Shown: positions 11,974 through 19,831 of the stretch, in pieces
How the letters are laid out: each line of letters begins with the position of its first letter
Position numbering within the stretch: position 1 is the first letter of the stretch
Source: Microbacteriaceae bacterium
GTDB taxonomy: Bacteria; Actinomycetota; Actinomycetes; Actinomycetales; Microbacteriaceae
DNA length: 64,000 nt
Assembly: GCA_024639845.1 (NCBI GenBank)
Contig: JAHEGG010000001.1
Location: 147,792-211,791, forward strand
Direction: 5' to 3'
Translations under genes and position numbers: made by a program
Notes under the pieces: generated by a model
Told to the model about the DNA's origin: nothing
Databases searched by the model: none
The model's input: only the letters and a program-made list of their open reading frames with translations

Positions 11974-12594
11974 ATGACCCAAGATCAAAATGACCAAGAA
12001 ATTGAAATCGTTGAGGAAATCGCCGCCGAGAACGAGTCGATAGAAGGCGCCGACGATGCGCAGGCATCTGACTCGGATGTTGAAGGCGAGTCGAGCGAAG
12101 ACTCGCAGTCCGGCGACCGCGAGCCACGCAGCGTAAAGGCACTAGAAGAAGAAGGCGACATCGCTGCCGACTATCTAGAAGAGCTTCTCGACATCTTCGA
12201 TCTTGACGGTGACATCGATATCGATGTGCGTCAAGGACGCGCCTACCTAGCTATCTCGAGCGAAGACCCGCAGAGCAACCTCTCGTTGATCTCCGAGCCA
12301 GAAACCGTTGAGGCGTTGCAAGAGTTGACGCGTCTAGCCGTCCAGGTGAAGACCAACTCCTTCAGCCGTTTGATCCTGGATGTCGGTGGCTCGCGTCAGA
12401 AGCGCGCCGACGACTTGGCACGCATCGTCAACCGCATCATTGACAAGGTCAAGGACCAGGGTGAGGCCGTTCACATGAAGCCAATGTCATCCTACGAGCG
12501 CAAGATTGTGCACGATCTGGTTTCAGGAGCAGGTCTTGTTTCCGAGTCCGAAGGCGAAGGCAAAGACCGCCACATCGTCATCAAACCCGCCTAA
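11974..12594 (+). CDS. jag: Jag/KhpB-type KH + R3H RNA-binding protein
   Basis: 206 aa with an acidic N-terminal region and a C-terminal R3H motif region (MSSYERKIVHDLVSGAG). It sits in the conserved position after yidC. Confidence 0.85.
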   Translation: MTQDQNDQEIEIVEEIAAENESIEGADDAQASDSDVEGESSEDSQSGDREPRSVKALEEEGDIAADYLEELLDIFDLDGDIDIDVRQGRAYLAISSEDPQSNLSLISEPETVEALQELTRLAVQVKTNSFSRLILDVGGSRQKRADDLARIVNRIIDKVKDQGEAVHMKPMSSYERKIVHDLVSGAGLVSESEGEGKDRHIVIKPA

Positions 12595-12624
12595 TTACTG
12601 GCATCTAGCGGCCCTCAAGGCGAA

Positions 12625-12640
12625 AGTTTCACGTGAAACA
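12625..12640. promoter_or_regulatory. parS centromere-like site
   Basis: AGTTTCACGTGAAACA matches the TGTTTCACGTGAAACA consensus at 15/16 positions. Its last base is the A of the rsmG ATG. Confidence 0.85.
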
Positions 12641-13323
12641 TGAGTGATTCAACCGGTGAAGCCAATCCACTGACTCCTACTAACCCGGATGTTCCCAAGT
12701 TCTACTCGCCCGAAATCGAGCCCCCCGCAGCGGTAGCTATCTTTGGTGACCGCATTTCGCTCGCCCGCCGGTATGCAGAGTTACTTGTCAGAGACAGTGA
12801 CACTCTGGGGTTGCTCGGCCCTCGCGAAATGCCTAAGCTCTGGACCAGACACATCCTCAACTCGGCCGTGGTGAGCGAGTTGGTTCCAGTTGGCGTCCGG
12901 GTAGCCGACGTCGGCTCGGGAGCTGGACTACCGGGAATCCCGATGGCAATAGTGCAGCCCGATTCCCACTTCACCCTGATTGAACCTATGGAAAGACGAA
13001 GCGACTGGCTCAATTTGGTTGTGGCAGAGCTAGGGCTGACCAACGTCTCAGTGCTGCGCGCTCGCGCCGAAGATGTTGGCGAGGTATTCGATCTTGTGAC
13101 CGCTAGAGCGGTTTCTGCTCTTCCGAAACTACTAAGGCTGACGGTTCCGTTGACAAAGCACGGGGGTGCAATCATTGCCCTGAAGGGCGGCAAGGCCGCC
13201 GAAGAGATTGAAGAGTCTAAAAAACTGGTCAAAAAACTCAAAATCGCTTCGTTTGAGGTTATCCAAACGGGTTCACAGATTCTCGATGAAGCGACTCTGG
13301 TGGTGCGCACTACGCTAATCTGA
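12640..13323 (+). CDS. rsmG: 16S rRNA (guanine527-N7)-methyltransferase RsmG
   Basis: 227 aa with SAM-binding motif VADVGSGAGLPGIPMA. It sits in the conserved position before parA. Confidence 0.92.
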   Translation: MSDSTGEANPLTPTNPDVPKFYSPEIEPPAAVAIFGDRISLARRYAELLVRDSDTLGLLGPREMPKLWTRHILNSAVVSELVPVGVRVADVGSGAGLPGIPMAIVQPDSHFTLIEPMERRSDWLNLVVAELGLTNVSVLRARAEDVGEVFDLVTARAVSALPKLLRLTVPLTKHGGAIIALKGGKAAEEIEESKKLVKKLKIASFEVIQTGSQILDEATLVVRTTLI

Positions 13324-13330
13324 TTCAGAG

Positions 13331-13588
13331 ATGACAAACAGCCCTGAATCTAAAGACCTCAATTCTGAGTCTTTTCCTGCCGAAATTGTTGCCGAACGAG
13401 CCGATTTCAGTTGGTCATCCCTCGCTGAACGGTCTGCTTCCACCCCTCCATCGGTCGTTCCGGGCCACGGTTATCCAGCAGATCGCCTAGAAACCAGCCC
13501 AGAACCCACGGGCTGGCAGGCTTCTGGCCCAAGCAACCCGGGTGCGGCAGGAAAGTTGACGGAGGTTTCACGTGAAACATTCGGATAA
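13331..13588 (+). CDS. Hypothetical 85-aa ORF, possibly a decayed or frameshifted N-terminal extension of parA
   Basis: Low-complexity, Pro/Ser-rich ORF that fills the rsmG-parA gap and ends ...VSRETFG*, reading through parS. It is out of frame with parA by one nucleotide (see findings). Confidence 0.25.
   Translation: MTNSPESKDLNSESFPAEIVAERADFSWSSLAERSASTPPSVVPGHGYPADRLETSPEPTGWQASGPSNPGAAGKLTEVSRETFG
13564..13579. promoter_or_regulatory. parS centromere-like site
   Basis: GGTTTCACGTGAAACA matches the consensus at 15/16 positions. It contains the GTG (13572) that is the first possible parA start. Confidence 0.85.
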
Positions 13589-14471
13589 CTACATGGGTGA
13601 TTCACCGCTCGGTCGTGAGATCAGCCAGAACCTCGCTCGACTCAAGAAACTCGACTCTCTCGCCTTCCCAAAGCCTAAAAACACCCGAATCTTCACGATT
13701 TCCAACCAAAAGGGTGGGGTTGGCAAAACCACGACGGCCGTAAACATCGCCTCCGCACTTGCATCCAAGGGCCTACGAGTCTTGGTAATCGACCTTGACC
13801 CTCAGGGAAACGCCTCTACGGCGCTTGGTATAGATCACCGCGCAAACGTTCAGAGCATTTACGAAGTGCTGATTGACGGAATCGCGCTGGAACACGTCGT
13901 CAAAGTCTCGCCAGACGCCCCAGGGCTCACCTGCGTGCCAGCCACGATTCACCTCACAGGTGCCGAGCTGGAGCTCGGCCCGATGGAAAATCGCGAATAC
14001 CGACTCAAAGAGGCCATTCGAACCTATCTCGAGACCAGTGTCGTCGTTCCGGACTACATCTTCATCGACTGTCCGCCTAGCCTTGGTTTGCTAACCATCA
14101 ACGCTTGGACCGCTGCTACAGAGGTTCTTGTGCCAATCCAGTGCGAGTTCTATGCCCTAGAGGGTGTCGAACAGCTTCAGACCTACATCAACCGAATTCG
14201 CCTCGGCCTGAATCCAAACCTTCAAGTGAGCACCGTGCTTTTGACCATGTATGACAATCGCACCCGCCTTTCTGCCGACGTTGCCGAAGAGGTTCGCTCC
14301 TTTTTCCCTCGAGAAACCCTCGCAACTGTCATCCCGCGCTCGGTTCGAGTGTCAGAGGCACCGTCTTATGGCAAAACCGTGGTCACGTATGACCGCAAAT
14401 CACCTGGCGCAATCTCTTATCTAGAGGCTGCCGCCGAAATCGCGTTCAGAGGAGAACAAAATGGCAGATAG
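13572..14471 (+). CDS. parA: Chromosome partitioning ATPase ParA/Soj
   Basis: Deviant Walker A SNQKGGVGKTTTAVN and the typical ParA core. The start is either GTG 13572 or ATG 13593 (MGDSPLGRE...). Confidence 0.93.
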   Translation: MKHSDNYMGDSPLGREISQNLARLKKLDSLAFPKPKNTRIFTISNQKGGVGKTTTAVNIASALASKGLRVLVIDLDPQGNASTALGIDHRANVQSIYEVLIDGIALEHVVKVSPDAPGLTCVPATIHLTGAELELGPMENREYRLKEAIRTYLETSVVVPDYIFIDCPPSLGLLTINAWTAATEVLVPIQCEFYALEGVEQLQTYINRIRLGLNPNLQVSTVLLTMYDNRTRLSADVAEEVRSFFPRETLATVIPRSVRVSEAPSYGKTVVTYDRKSPGAISYLEAAAEIAFRGEQNGR

Positions 14472-15447
14472 AAAAGGCGGCCTCGGCCGTGGCATCGGAG
14501 CACTCATCCCAACGGCCGAAGCGCCGGGACAGCGTCCGATCGACGTCTTCTTTGCCGGTAGTGCCGACCAATACCCACAAGGAGACGACTCGAGCGAACA
14601 AAGTGGTCAAAACGGGGATGGACTCCTTGCGGTTCCTGGCGCATCCTTCGCCTATCTCGATCTCGACTCGATCACTCCCAACCCGAAACAGCCCCGTGCG
14701 GTCTTCGAACCTGAGGCTTTCGCCGAGCTTGTCCACTCCATCCGCGAGTTGGGTGTGCTGCAACCCATCGTGGTTCGCCCGCTGGGTGAACAGAATGGCC
14801 AGCCGCGCTATGAGTTGATCATGGGCGAGCGTCGCCTACGCGCCAGCAAAGAGGTCGGGCTCACCAACATCCCCGCCGTGATTCGCGATACGGCTGACGA
14901 GAACATGCTGCGCGACGCGCTCCTCGAGAACTTGCACCGCGCCGACCTGAATCCGCTGGAAGAGGCAAGCGCATACCAGCAGCTTCTCGAAGATTTTGGC
15001 ATCACCCAGGATGAACTAGCCGAGCGCATCGGACGATCACGTCCTCGCATCACCAACACCATCCGACTGCTTCGCCTGCCGGCCTCGGTGCAGCGTCAGG
15101 TGGCTGCAGGCGTGCTGAGCGCGGGACACGCGCGTGCGCTATTGGCTCTTCCGGACGAGGCGACCATGGTTGCCATGGCGTCGAAGGTTATTAGCCAGGG
15201 GCTCTCTGTGCGTGGTGTTGAAGAGCTGGTAGCGCTGACTCGACCTTCGGAAAAGCGCGGCAAGATCAAAGTGGGCACGGGACAAGACGCACTCAAGTCG
15301 CTTGCCGGACAAGTCGGAGATCAACTCAGCACCAAGGTGAAGATCTCGCTTGGCCGCGGCAAGGGGGTAATGGCGATCGAGTTTGCCAGCATTGCCGATC
15401 TTTACCGCATCCTTGATGAAATGGGCATAGACCGAGAGCAGCACTAA
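14461..15447 (+). CDS. parB: Chromosome partitioning protein ParB/Spo0J
   Basis: 328 aa starting MADRKGGLGRGIGALIP. It has ParB-box regions (IMGERRLRASKEVGL, LENLHRADLNPLEEA) and an HTH (TQDELAERIGRSRPRITN). Confidence 0.95.
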   Translation: MADRKGGLGRGIGALIPTAEAPGQRPIDVFFAGSADQYPQGDDSSEQSGQNGDGLLAVPGASFAYLDLDSITPNPKQPRAVFEPEAFAELVHSIRELGVLQPIVVRPLGEQNGQPRYELIMGERRLRASKEVGLTNIPAVIRDTADENMLRDALLENLHRADLNPLEEASAYQQLLEDFGITQDELAERIGRSRPRITNTIRLLRLPASVQRQVAAGVLSAGHARALLALPDEATMVAMASKVISQGLSVRGVEELVALTRPSEKRGKIKVGTGQDALKSLAGQVGDQLSTKVKISLGRGKGVMAIEFASIADLYRILDEMGIDREQH

Positions 15448-15690
15448 GCTCCTCGGCGAGTGAATAATCTTTTTATGTCAAGTGATTCGGGGTTAAGCCC
15501 AAGTGTGACGGCACCGGGTCGATCGCCACGCCCCCACAACTTGCAAACTCTTCCTTAGCCCATCAGGCTCGGGCCTACCTCGCCCATCAGGCCGCTAGAC
15601 TTGACCTCGGAGCGCTGGGAAGTCTGGTCAGCCCGAACATCACGTTTGGTTCAAGCCGAACGCCTCGTTTGGTTCGACTGAAAGGCAACC

Positions 15691-16791
15691 ATGCTTACGT
15701 TTTTCAAGGTGGAGCGCAACGCCGCTCTCTTGCTGCTTCTGGCTGCCGTGCTGGGATTGATAACAGCAAATTCGCCACTGGCTCAAGCGTTCACGGTTCT
15801 TCGTGAAACCAAGCTCGGCTCCGATGCCATTCACCTCAACCTCAGTGTGGTCAATTGGCTAGGCGAATTCTTTATCGCTGGCTTCTTCCTGTTGATCGGT
15901 CTTGAGCTCAAGCGAGAGTTCAAAGTAGGCGCTTTCAAAAACCGCTCAGCCCTCGCAATTCCGGGCCTGGCTGCTCTGTTAGGCGCAGTCGTGCCAGCCC
16001 TGATTTTCATCATCTTTGTTTCTGGCTCCGCTGCCGGCGGGTGGCCTATTCCGATGGCAACCGACGTGACCTTTGCACTGGCGGTTTATTCGATCTTTGG
16101 ATCGGCCTTTCCGAAGTCAGCCCGAGTATTCCTGCTGTCTTTCGCGGTTATCGACGATGTCATCGCCATCGTCGTAATCGCACTATTCCTTGGTTCTGGG
16201 CTCGACTTGGTTTGGCTAGTGCCGGCAGCGGTGTCTTTTGCCCTATTCGTCTGGGCGGCCAAGAAAAACGTCTGGATTGCAGTGATTCTGGGCATGTTGG
16301 CTTGGTACTTTACCTATCGACTCGGGGTGCAACCCGCGGTAACCGGCGTGATTCTGGGCCTACTAGCGCCCATGAATCGGGTCGAAACCCTTGAGCACCG
16401 CATTCACCCCTGGGTAACGGTGCTGGTTCTGCCAGTCTTTGCCTTCTTCGCATCGGGAGTTTCGGTTTCTGGCGGCCTCATGCTGGGTTCGGCCTTGACC
16501 ATCGCGATTCTGCTTCGACCAGTCGGCAAGGTAATCGGCATAAACCTTGGCGTCGTTCTCGGCAAGATACTGGTTCGCGGCGATGCGTTCACCGACCTCA
16601 AGCCCACGGATTACCTAAGAATGTCCATCCTTGGCGGCATCGGCTTCACCGTTGCTCTGCTGATAGGTTCATCGGTTTATGCCGAGGATGCTGCTGCCTT
16701 CACCGAATCGACCATTGCAACGCTCGCGGCTCTCGCTATTTCGGCTTTAATTGGCGCGATTGCGCTGGCTACACGAAAAAGAGTCGACTAG
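15691..16791 (+). CDS. nhaA: Na+/H+ antiporter NhaA
   Basis: 366-aa polytopic protein with NhaA signatures (WPIPMATDVTFALAV, FAVIDDVIAIVVIALF). Confidence 0.9.
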   Translation: MLTFFKVERNAALLLLLAAVLGLITANSPLAQAFTVLRETKLGSDAIHLNLSVVNWLGEFFIAGFFLLIGLELKREFKVGAFKNRSALAIPGLAALLGAVVPALIFIIFVSGSAAGGWPIPMATDVTFALAVYSIFGSAFPKSARVFLLSFAVIDDVIAIVVIALFLGSGLDLVWLVPAAVSFALFVWAAKKNVWIAVILGMLAWYFTYRLGVQPAVTGVILGLLAPMNRVETLEHRIHPWVTVLVLPVFAFFASGVSVSGGLMLGSALTIAILLRPVGKVIGINLGVVLGKILVRGDAFTDLKPTDYLRMSILGGIGFTVALLIGSSVYAEDAAAFTESTIATLAALAISALIGAIALATRKRVD

Positions 16792-16841
16792 TCAAACCCG
16801 GCTCGGACTTGGATGTCAGAAGCTGCGAGAAGGGCCTGTGT

Positions 16842-16910
16842 CTAGCCCCGAGCAGGGCGTCTGATTAGCCCCGAGCAGGGCGTCTGATTAGCCCCGAGCA
16901 GGGCGTCTGA
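16842..16910. repeat. Three perfect tandem copies of a 23-bp unit (TAGCCCCGAGCAGGGCGTCTGAT)
   Basis: Identical copies lie at 16842-16864, 16865-16887 and 16888-16910, abutting the ddl stop codon. Each copy contains the small inverted repeat GCCC-N6-GGGC. A degenerate further copy lies upstream at about 16819-16841. Confidence 0.95.
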
Positions 16911-17882
16911 TTAGCCGCGACCGCGGATAGCGGCTTCGGCAAGGCTCAGATAAACCTGACCCAACGAGTGTCCTGCGGCCGTGACAGCTTGCGGTAGCAA
17001 CGAAGTTTCGGTTAGCCCAGGCAAAACGTTGGCTTCAAGGAACCAGGCGATGCCCTTTTTGTCGATAATCATGTCGATACGTGAAAGATGGCGCAGTCCG
17101 AGCGTCTCGTGAACCAGAATCGCCATCTTGGCAGCTCGTTCGGCAACCGTCTTCTTTAGTCGGGCCGGAACGAAATACTCAGTTTCACCAGCGGTGTAGC
17201 GCTCCTGGTAGCCAAAGTGCCCTGTGGTCGGAACAACCTCAACTGCTGGCAAGGCGAGAGGGCCTGCACCCAGATCAATAACGCTAATGGCCAGCTCGGT
17301 GCCCTCGACGAACCTCTCGATTATCGCTACATCGCAGTAAACATAAGCGTCGATCATTGCGCGAGATAGCTCTTCGCGTTTGCGCACGATGGTCACGCCT
17401 TGAGCCGAACCGCTCTTGGCCGGCTTGACCACGAGTGGGAGGGCGAGAGAGGAAGTCACGGCCTGCAGCACACCATCCGCGTCAAGCTCACGGAAGGTAT
17501 CTTTCGGAAGGGTGATCGAGGCAGGAGTTTGAACTCCGGCATGGGACACCAGCACCTTGGCGATCGATTTGTCCCACGCCAAGCGGGCGGCAGGAGCGGT
17601 AGCGCCAACGAAGGGCACACCGGTTAAGGCCAGGATGTCGCGAAGCGCACCATCCTCGCCCGATGCACCGTGCAGGGTCGGCCAGATTACGTCTGGCTTG
17701 TCCTTCTTGATGTTGGTGAGCAGGTTGCTGTCTGGTTCGCGAATGATGACGGTTGCGCCAGCCTCGGTGAGCGCATCCGCCACTCGACGCCCCGATTTGA
17801 GCGAGATTTCGCGTTCATGCGAGATGCCGCCGGCCAAAACCTGGATTTTCAAGCCTTTTTGCACGCGGTTCTTCGGAATCAC
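16911..17882 (-). CDS. ddl: D-alanine--D-alanine ligase
   Basis: 323-aa ATP-grasp protein (KIQVLAGGISHEREISLKSGRRV ... FLEANVLPGLT). Its GTG start forms a GTGA overlap with the upstream aminotransferase stop. Confidence 0.9.
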   Translation of the reverse strand: MIPKNRVQKGLKIQVLAGGISHEREISLKSGRRVADALTEAGATVIIREPDSNLLTNIKKDKPDVIWPTLHGASGEDGALRDILALTGVPFVGATAPAARLAWDKSIAKVLVSHAGVQTPASITLPKDTFRELDADGVLQAVTSSLALPLVVKPAKSGSAQGVTIVRKREELSRAMIDAYVYCDVAIIERFVEGTELAISVIDLGAGPLALPAVEVVPTTGHFGYQERYTAGETEYFVPARLKKTVAERAAKMAILVHETLGLRHLSRIDMIIDKKGIAWFLEANVLPGLTETSLLPQAVTAAGHSLGQVYLSLAEAAIRGRG

Positions 17883-19138
17883 TTCTTGCCTCCCTTGGCG
17901 AAAGTGTCGAGCAGCTCGGTTTGCAGGTTAATAACGTTGGCTAGACGTTTTATACCCACCTTGATGTTCTCAGGGGTTGGGAACGAATAGCAAATGCGAA
18001 GTTTGTCTTGACCCGTTCCGTCGCCATAGAAGGCGGTTCCAGGGGTGTATGCCACGAGTTCCTTGACCGCGAGCGGCAACATGGCCTTCGAGTCGATGCC
18101 CTCGGGCAGAGTTATCCACAGGTAGAAGCCGCCATCTGGGTGGGTTGTGGATAACTTTGGCAGGTATTCGGCCATGGCTTCGAGGGCGGCGTCCTTGCGC
18201 TCACGATAGACACCGCGGAAAGTGTCGATCTGCCCTTGCCAGTCGGCGCTGTCGAGGTACTCGCTGATCATCGACTGGCTGAACATGGATGGGCACAAAA
18301 TAGCCGATTCTTGGGCCAAAACGAGCTTTTCACGAATCGCAGGCGGGGCAAGAACATAACCGACACGGAAACCTGGAGCCAGAATCTTTGAGAACGAGCC
18401 GAGGTAGATCACGTTGTCGTCCATCGAACGAAGCGCGTCCGGCACCTTCTTGTCGAAGTAGAGCAAGCCATAAGGGTTGTCTTCGAGAACCAAGATGCCG
18501 TTCTTGCGGCACAGGTCGAGAATCTTGGCTCGACGCTTGGCGGCAAGGGTCACACCAGACGGGTTGGCAAAGTTCGGCACCAGATACAAGAACTTGATCT
18601 TGCGACCCTGAGCCTTCAGGCGGGTGATTGCTTCTTTGAGCGCTTCAGGCTGTAAACCATCGTGGTCGGTTTCTACGTGCTCAATGTGCGCTTCGTAGTG
18701 TCTGAAGATTCCGATTGCGCCGACATAGGAAGGACCCTCGGCGAGCACCACATCATCCTTGTCGAGAAAAAGCCCCGAAATCAGTTCGAGTCCGTGCTGC
18801 GAACCCGTGGTCATCACGATGTCTTCGACCGAAGATTTGATTCCCTCGAGGGCCATGAGCTCGCGAACCTGGTCGCGCAGCTTGAGGTCGCCCTGGCCGC
18901 CCGAGTATTGAATAGCAAGGTCACCGCGCGTGCTCATCGATTTTTCGAAGGCCTCGGTGATCAACTCTTTGGGAAGCGCGTGAACGTAGGGCATGCCACC
19001 GGCAAGCGAAACAACCTCTGGGCGGCTGACCACCGCAAACAACGCTCGCACTTCGCTAACCGATAGCGAGTGAGCGCGAGAAGCGTAGGAATCCAACCAG
19101 ATATCGAAGTTGGTTCCCTTAGAGGTCGAGTTAGTCAT
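17879..19138 (-). CDS. PLP-dependent aminotransferase (class I/II fold)
   Basis: 419 aa with the PLP-lysine motif GSFSKILAPGFRVGY. Substrate specificity cannot be inferred from the sequence. Confidence 0.85.
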   Translation of the reverse strand: MTNSTSKGTNFDIWLDSYASRAHSLSVSEVRALFAVVSRPEVVSLAGGMPYVHALPKELITEAFEKSMSTRGDLAIQYSGGQGDLKLRDQVRELMALEGIKSSVEDIVMTTGSQHGLELISGLFLDKDDVVLAEGPSYVGAIGIFRHYEAHIEHVETDHDGLQPEALKEAITRLKAQGRKIKFLYLVPNFANPSGVTLAAKRRAKILDLCRKNGILVLEDNPYGLLYFDKKVPDALRSMDDNVIYLGSFSKILAPGFRVGYVLAPPAIREKLVLAQESAILCPSMFSQSMISEYLDSADWQGQIDTFRGVYRERKDAALEAMAEYLPKLSTTHPDGGFYLWITLPEGIDSKAMLPLAVKELVAYTPGTAFYGDGTGQDKLRICYSFPTPENIKVGIKRLANVINLQTELLDTFAKGGKK

Positions 19139-19173
19139 GTTTCTCCGGGGGTGGGGCAGTGCCAGTTAGGCGA

Positions 19174-19209
19174 AAACCCAGCGCATTTGCTTGACGCAAC
19201 GCTGGGTTT
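19174..19209 (-). terminator. Putative intrinsic terminator after trxA
   Basis: On the - strand, AAACCCAGCG-N16-CGCTGGGTTT forms a 10-bp stem ending in a TTTT run, about 100 nt after the trxA stop. Confidence 0.55.
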
Positions 19210-19307
19210 CGTTAAAGCCTAACCGACAACGTCCTTCGCAAAGAAGCCAAATTTAGTTATTGGCTTCGGTCGTTCGAAGGTTGGCGGCCGGAGGTCGCCG
19301 GGCTGGA

Positions 19308-19628
19308 CTACTTGATGAAGTCGGCTAGGTCGGCGAGTAGCGCTGGCTTTGGCTTTGCGCCTACCATCTGCTTGACCAGCTGACCGCCTTGAAAAACCTG
19401 AAGGGCAGGGATGCTGATGATTCCGTATTGCTGAGCGAGAGCTGGCTCGTTGTCAACGTTCACCTTGACGATCTCGAGCTTGTCGCCGTATTCGGCCGAA
19501 ATCTCGTCGAGAATCGGAGCGACCTGGCGGCACGGGCCGCACCATTCCGCCCAGAAATCAACCAGAACAGGCTTGCTGTTCTGAAGCACGTCCGCGGTGA
19601 AGGTTGCGGTGGTTACGTTCTTTGCCAT
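19308..19628 (-). CDS. trxA: Thioredoxin
   Basis: 106 aa with active site WAEWCGPCR. Confidence 0.96.
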   Translation of the reverse strand: MAKNVTTATFTADVLQNSKPVLVDFWAEWCGPCRQVAPILDEISAEYGDKLEIVKVNVDNEPALAQQYGIISIPALQVFQGGQLVKQMVGAKPKPALLADLADFIK

Positions 19629-19792
19629 GTGTGTCTCTTTTCTTGCTGCTAAATCTGTGAACTCAATTGAGTTTTGACGAACAAGTGTTCCTGCTAAATC
19701 GTAAGCCCCGATTCACCTCAGTTATTTCCGCGTGACGGCGTGTTTCTAGACTCCCAAGCAAAGACTTGAGCAGGGGTTGAGTCGAGCGGGCA

Positions 19793-19808
19793 TGTTCCAC
19801 GTGGAACA
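19793..19808. promoter_or_regulatory. parS-like perfect palindrome (variant half-sites)
   Basis: TGTTCCACGTGGAACA matches the parS consensus at 14/16 positions, with a symmetric T>C / A>G change. It lies in the 203-bp trxB-trxA spacer inside a longer imperfect inverted repeat (about 19783-19818). Confidence 0.5.
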
Positions 19809-19831
19809 TGCGCTCGCGCATCCGGTTGCGA

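Noticed and set aside
16842-16910. Could the 23-bp tandem repeats be a mini CRISPR array?
   Set aside because: The copies are directly adjacent with no spacers, and no cas genes are nearby. This is a simple tandem repeat.
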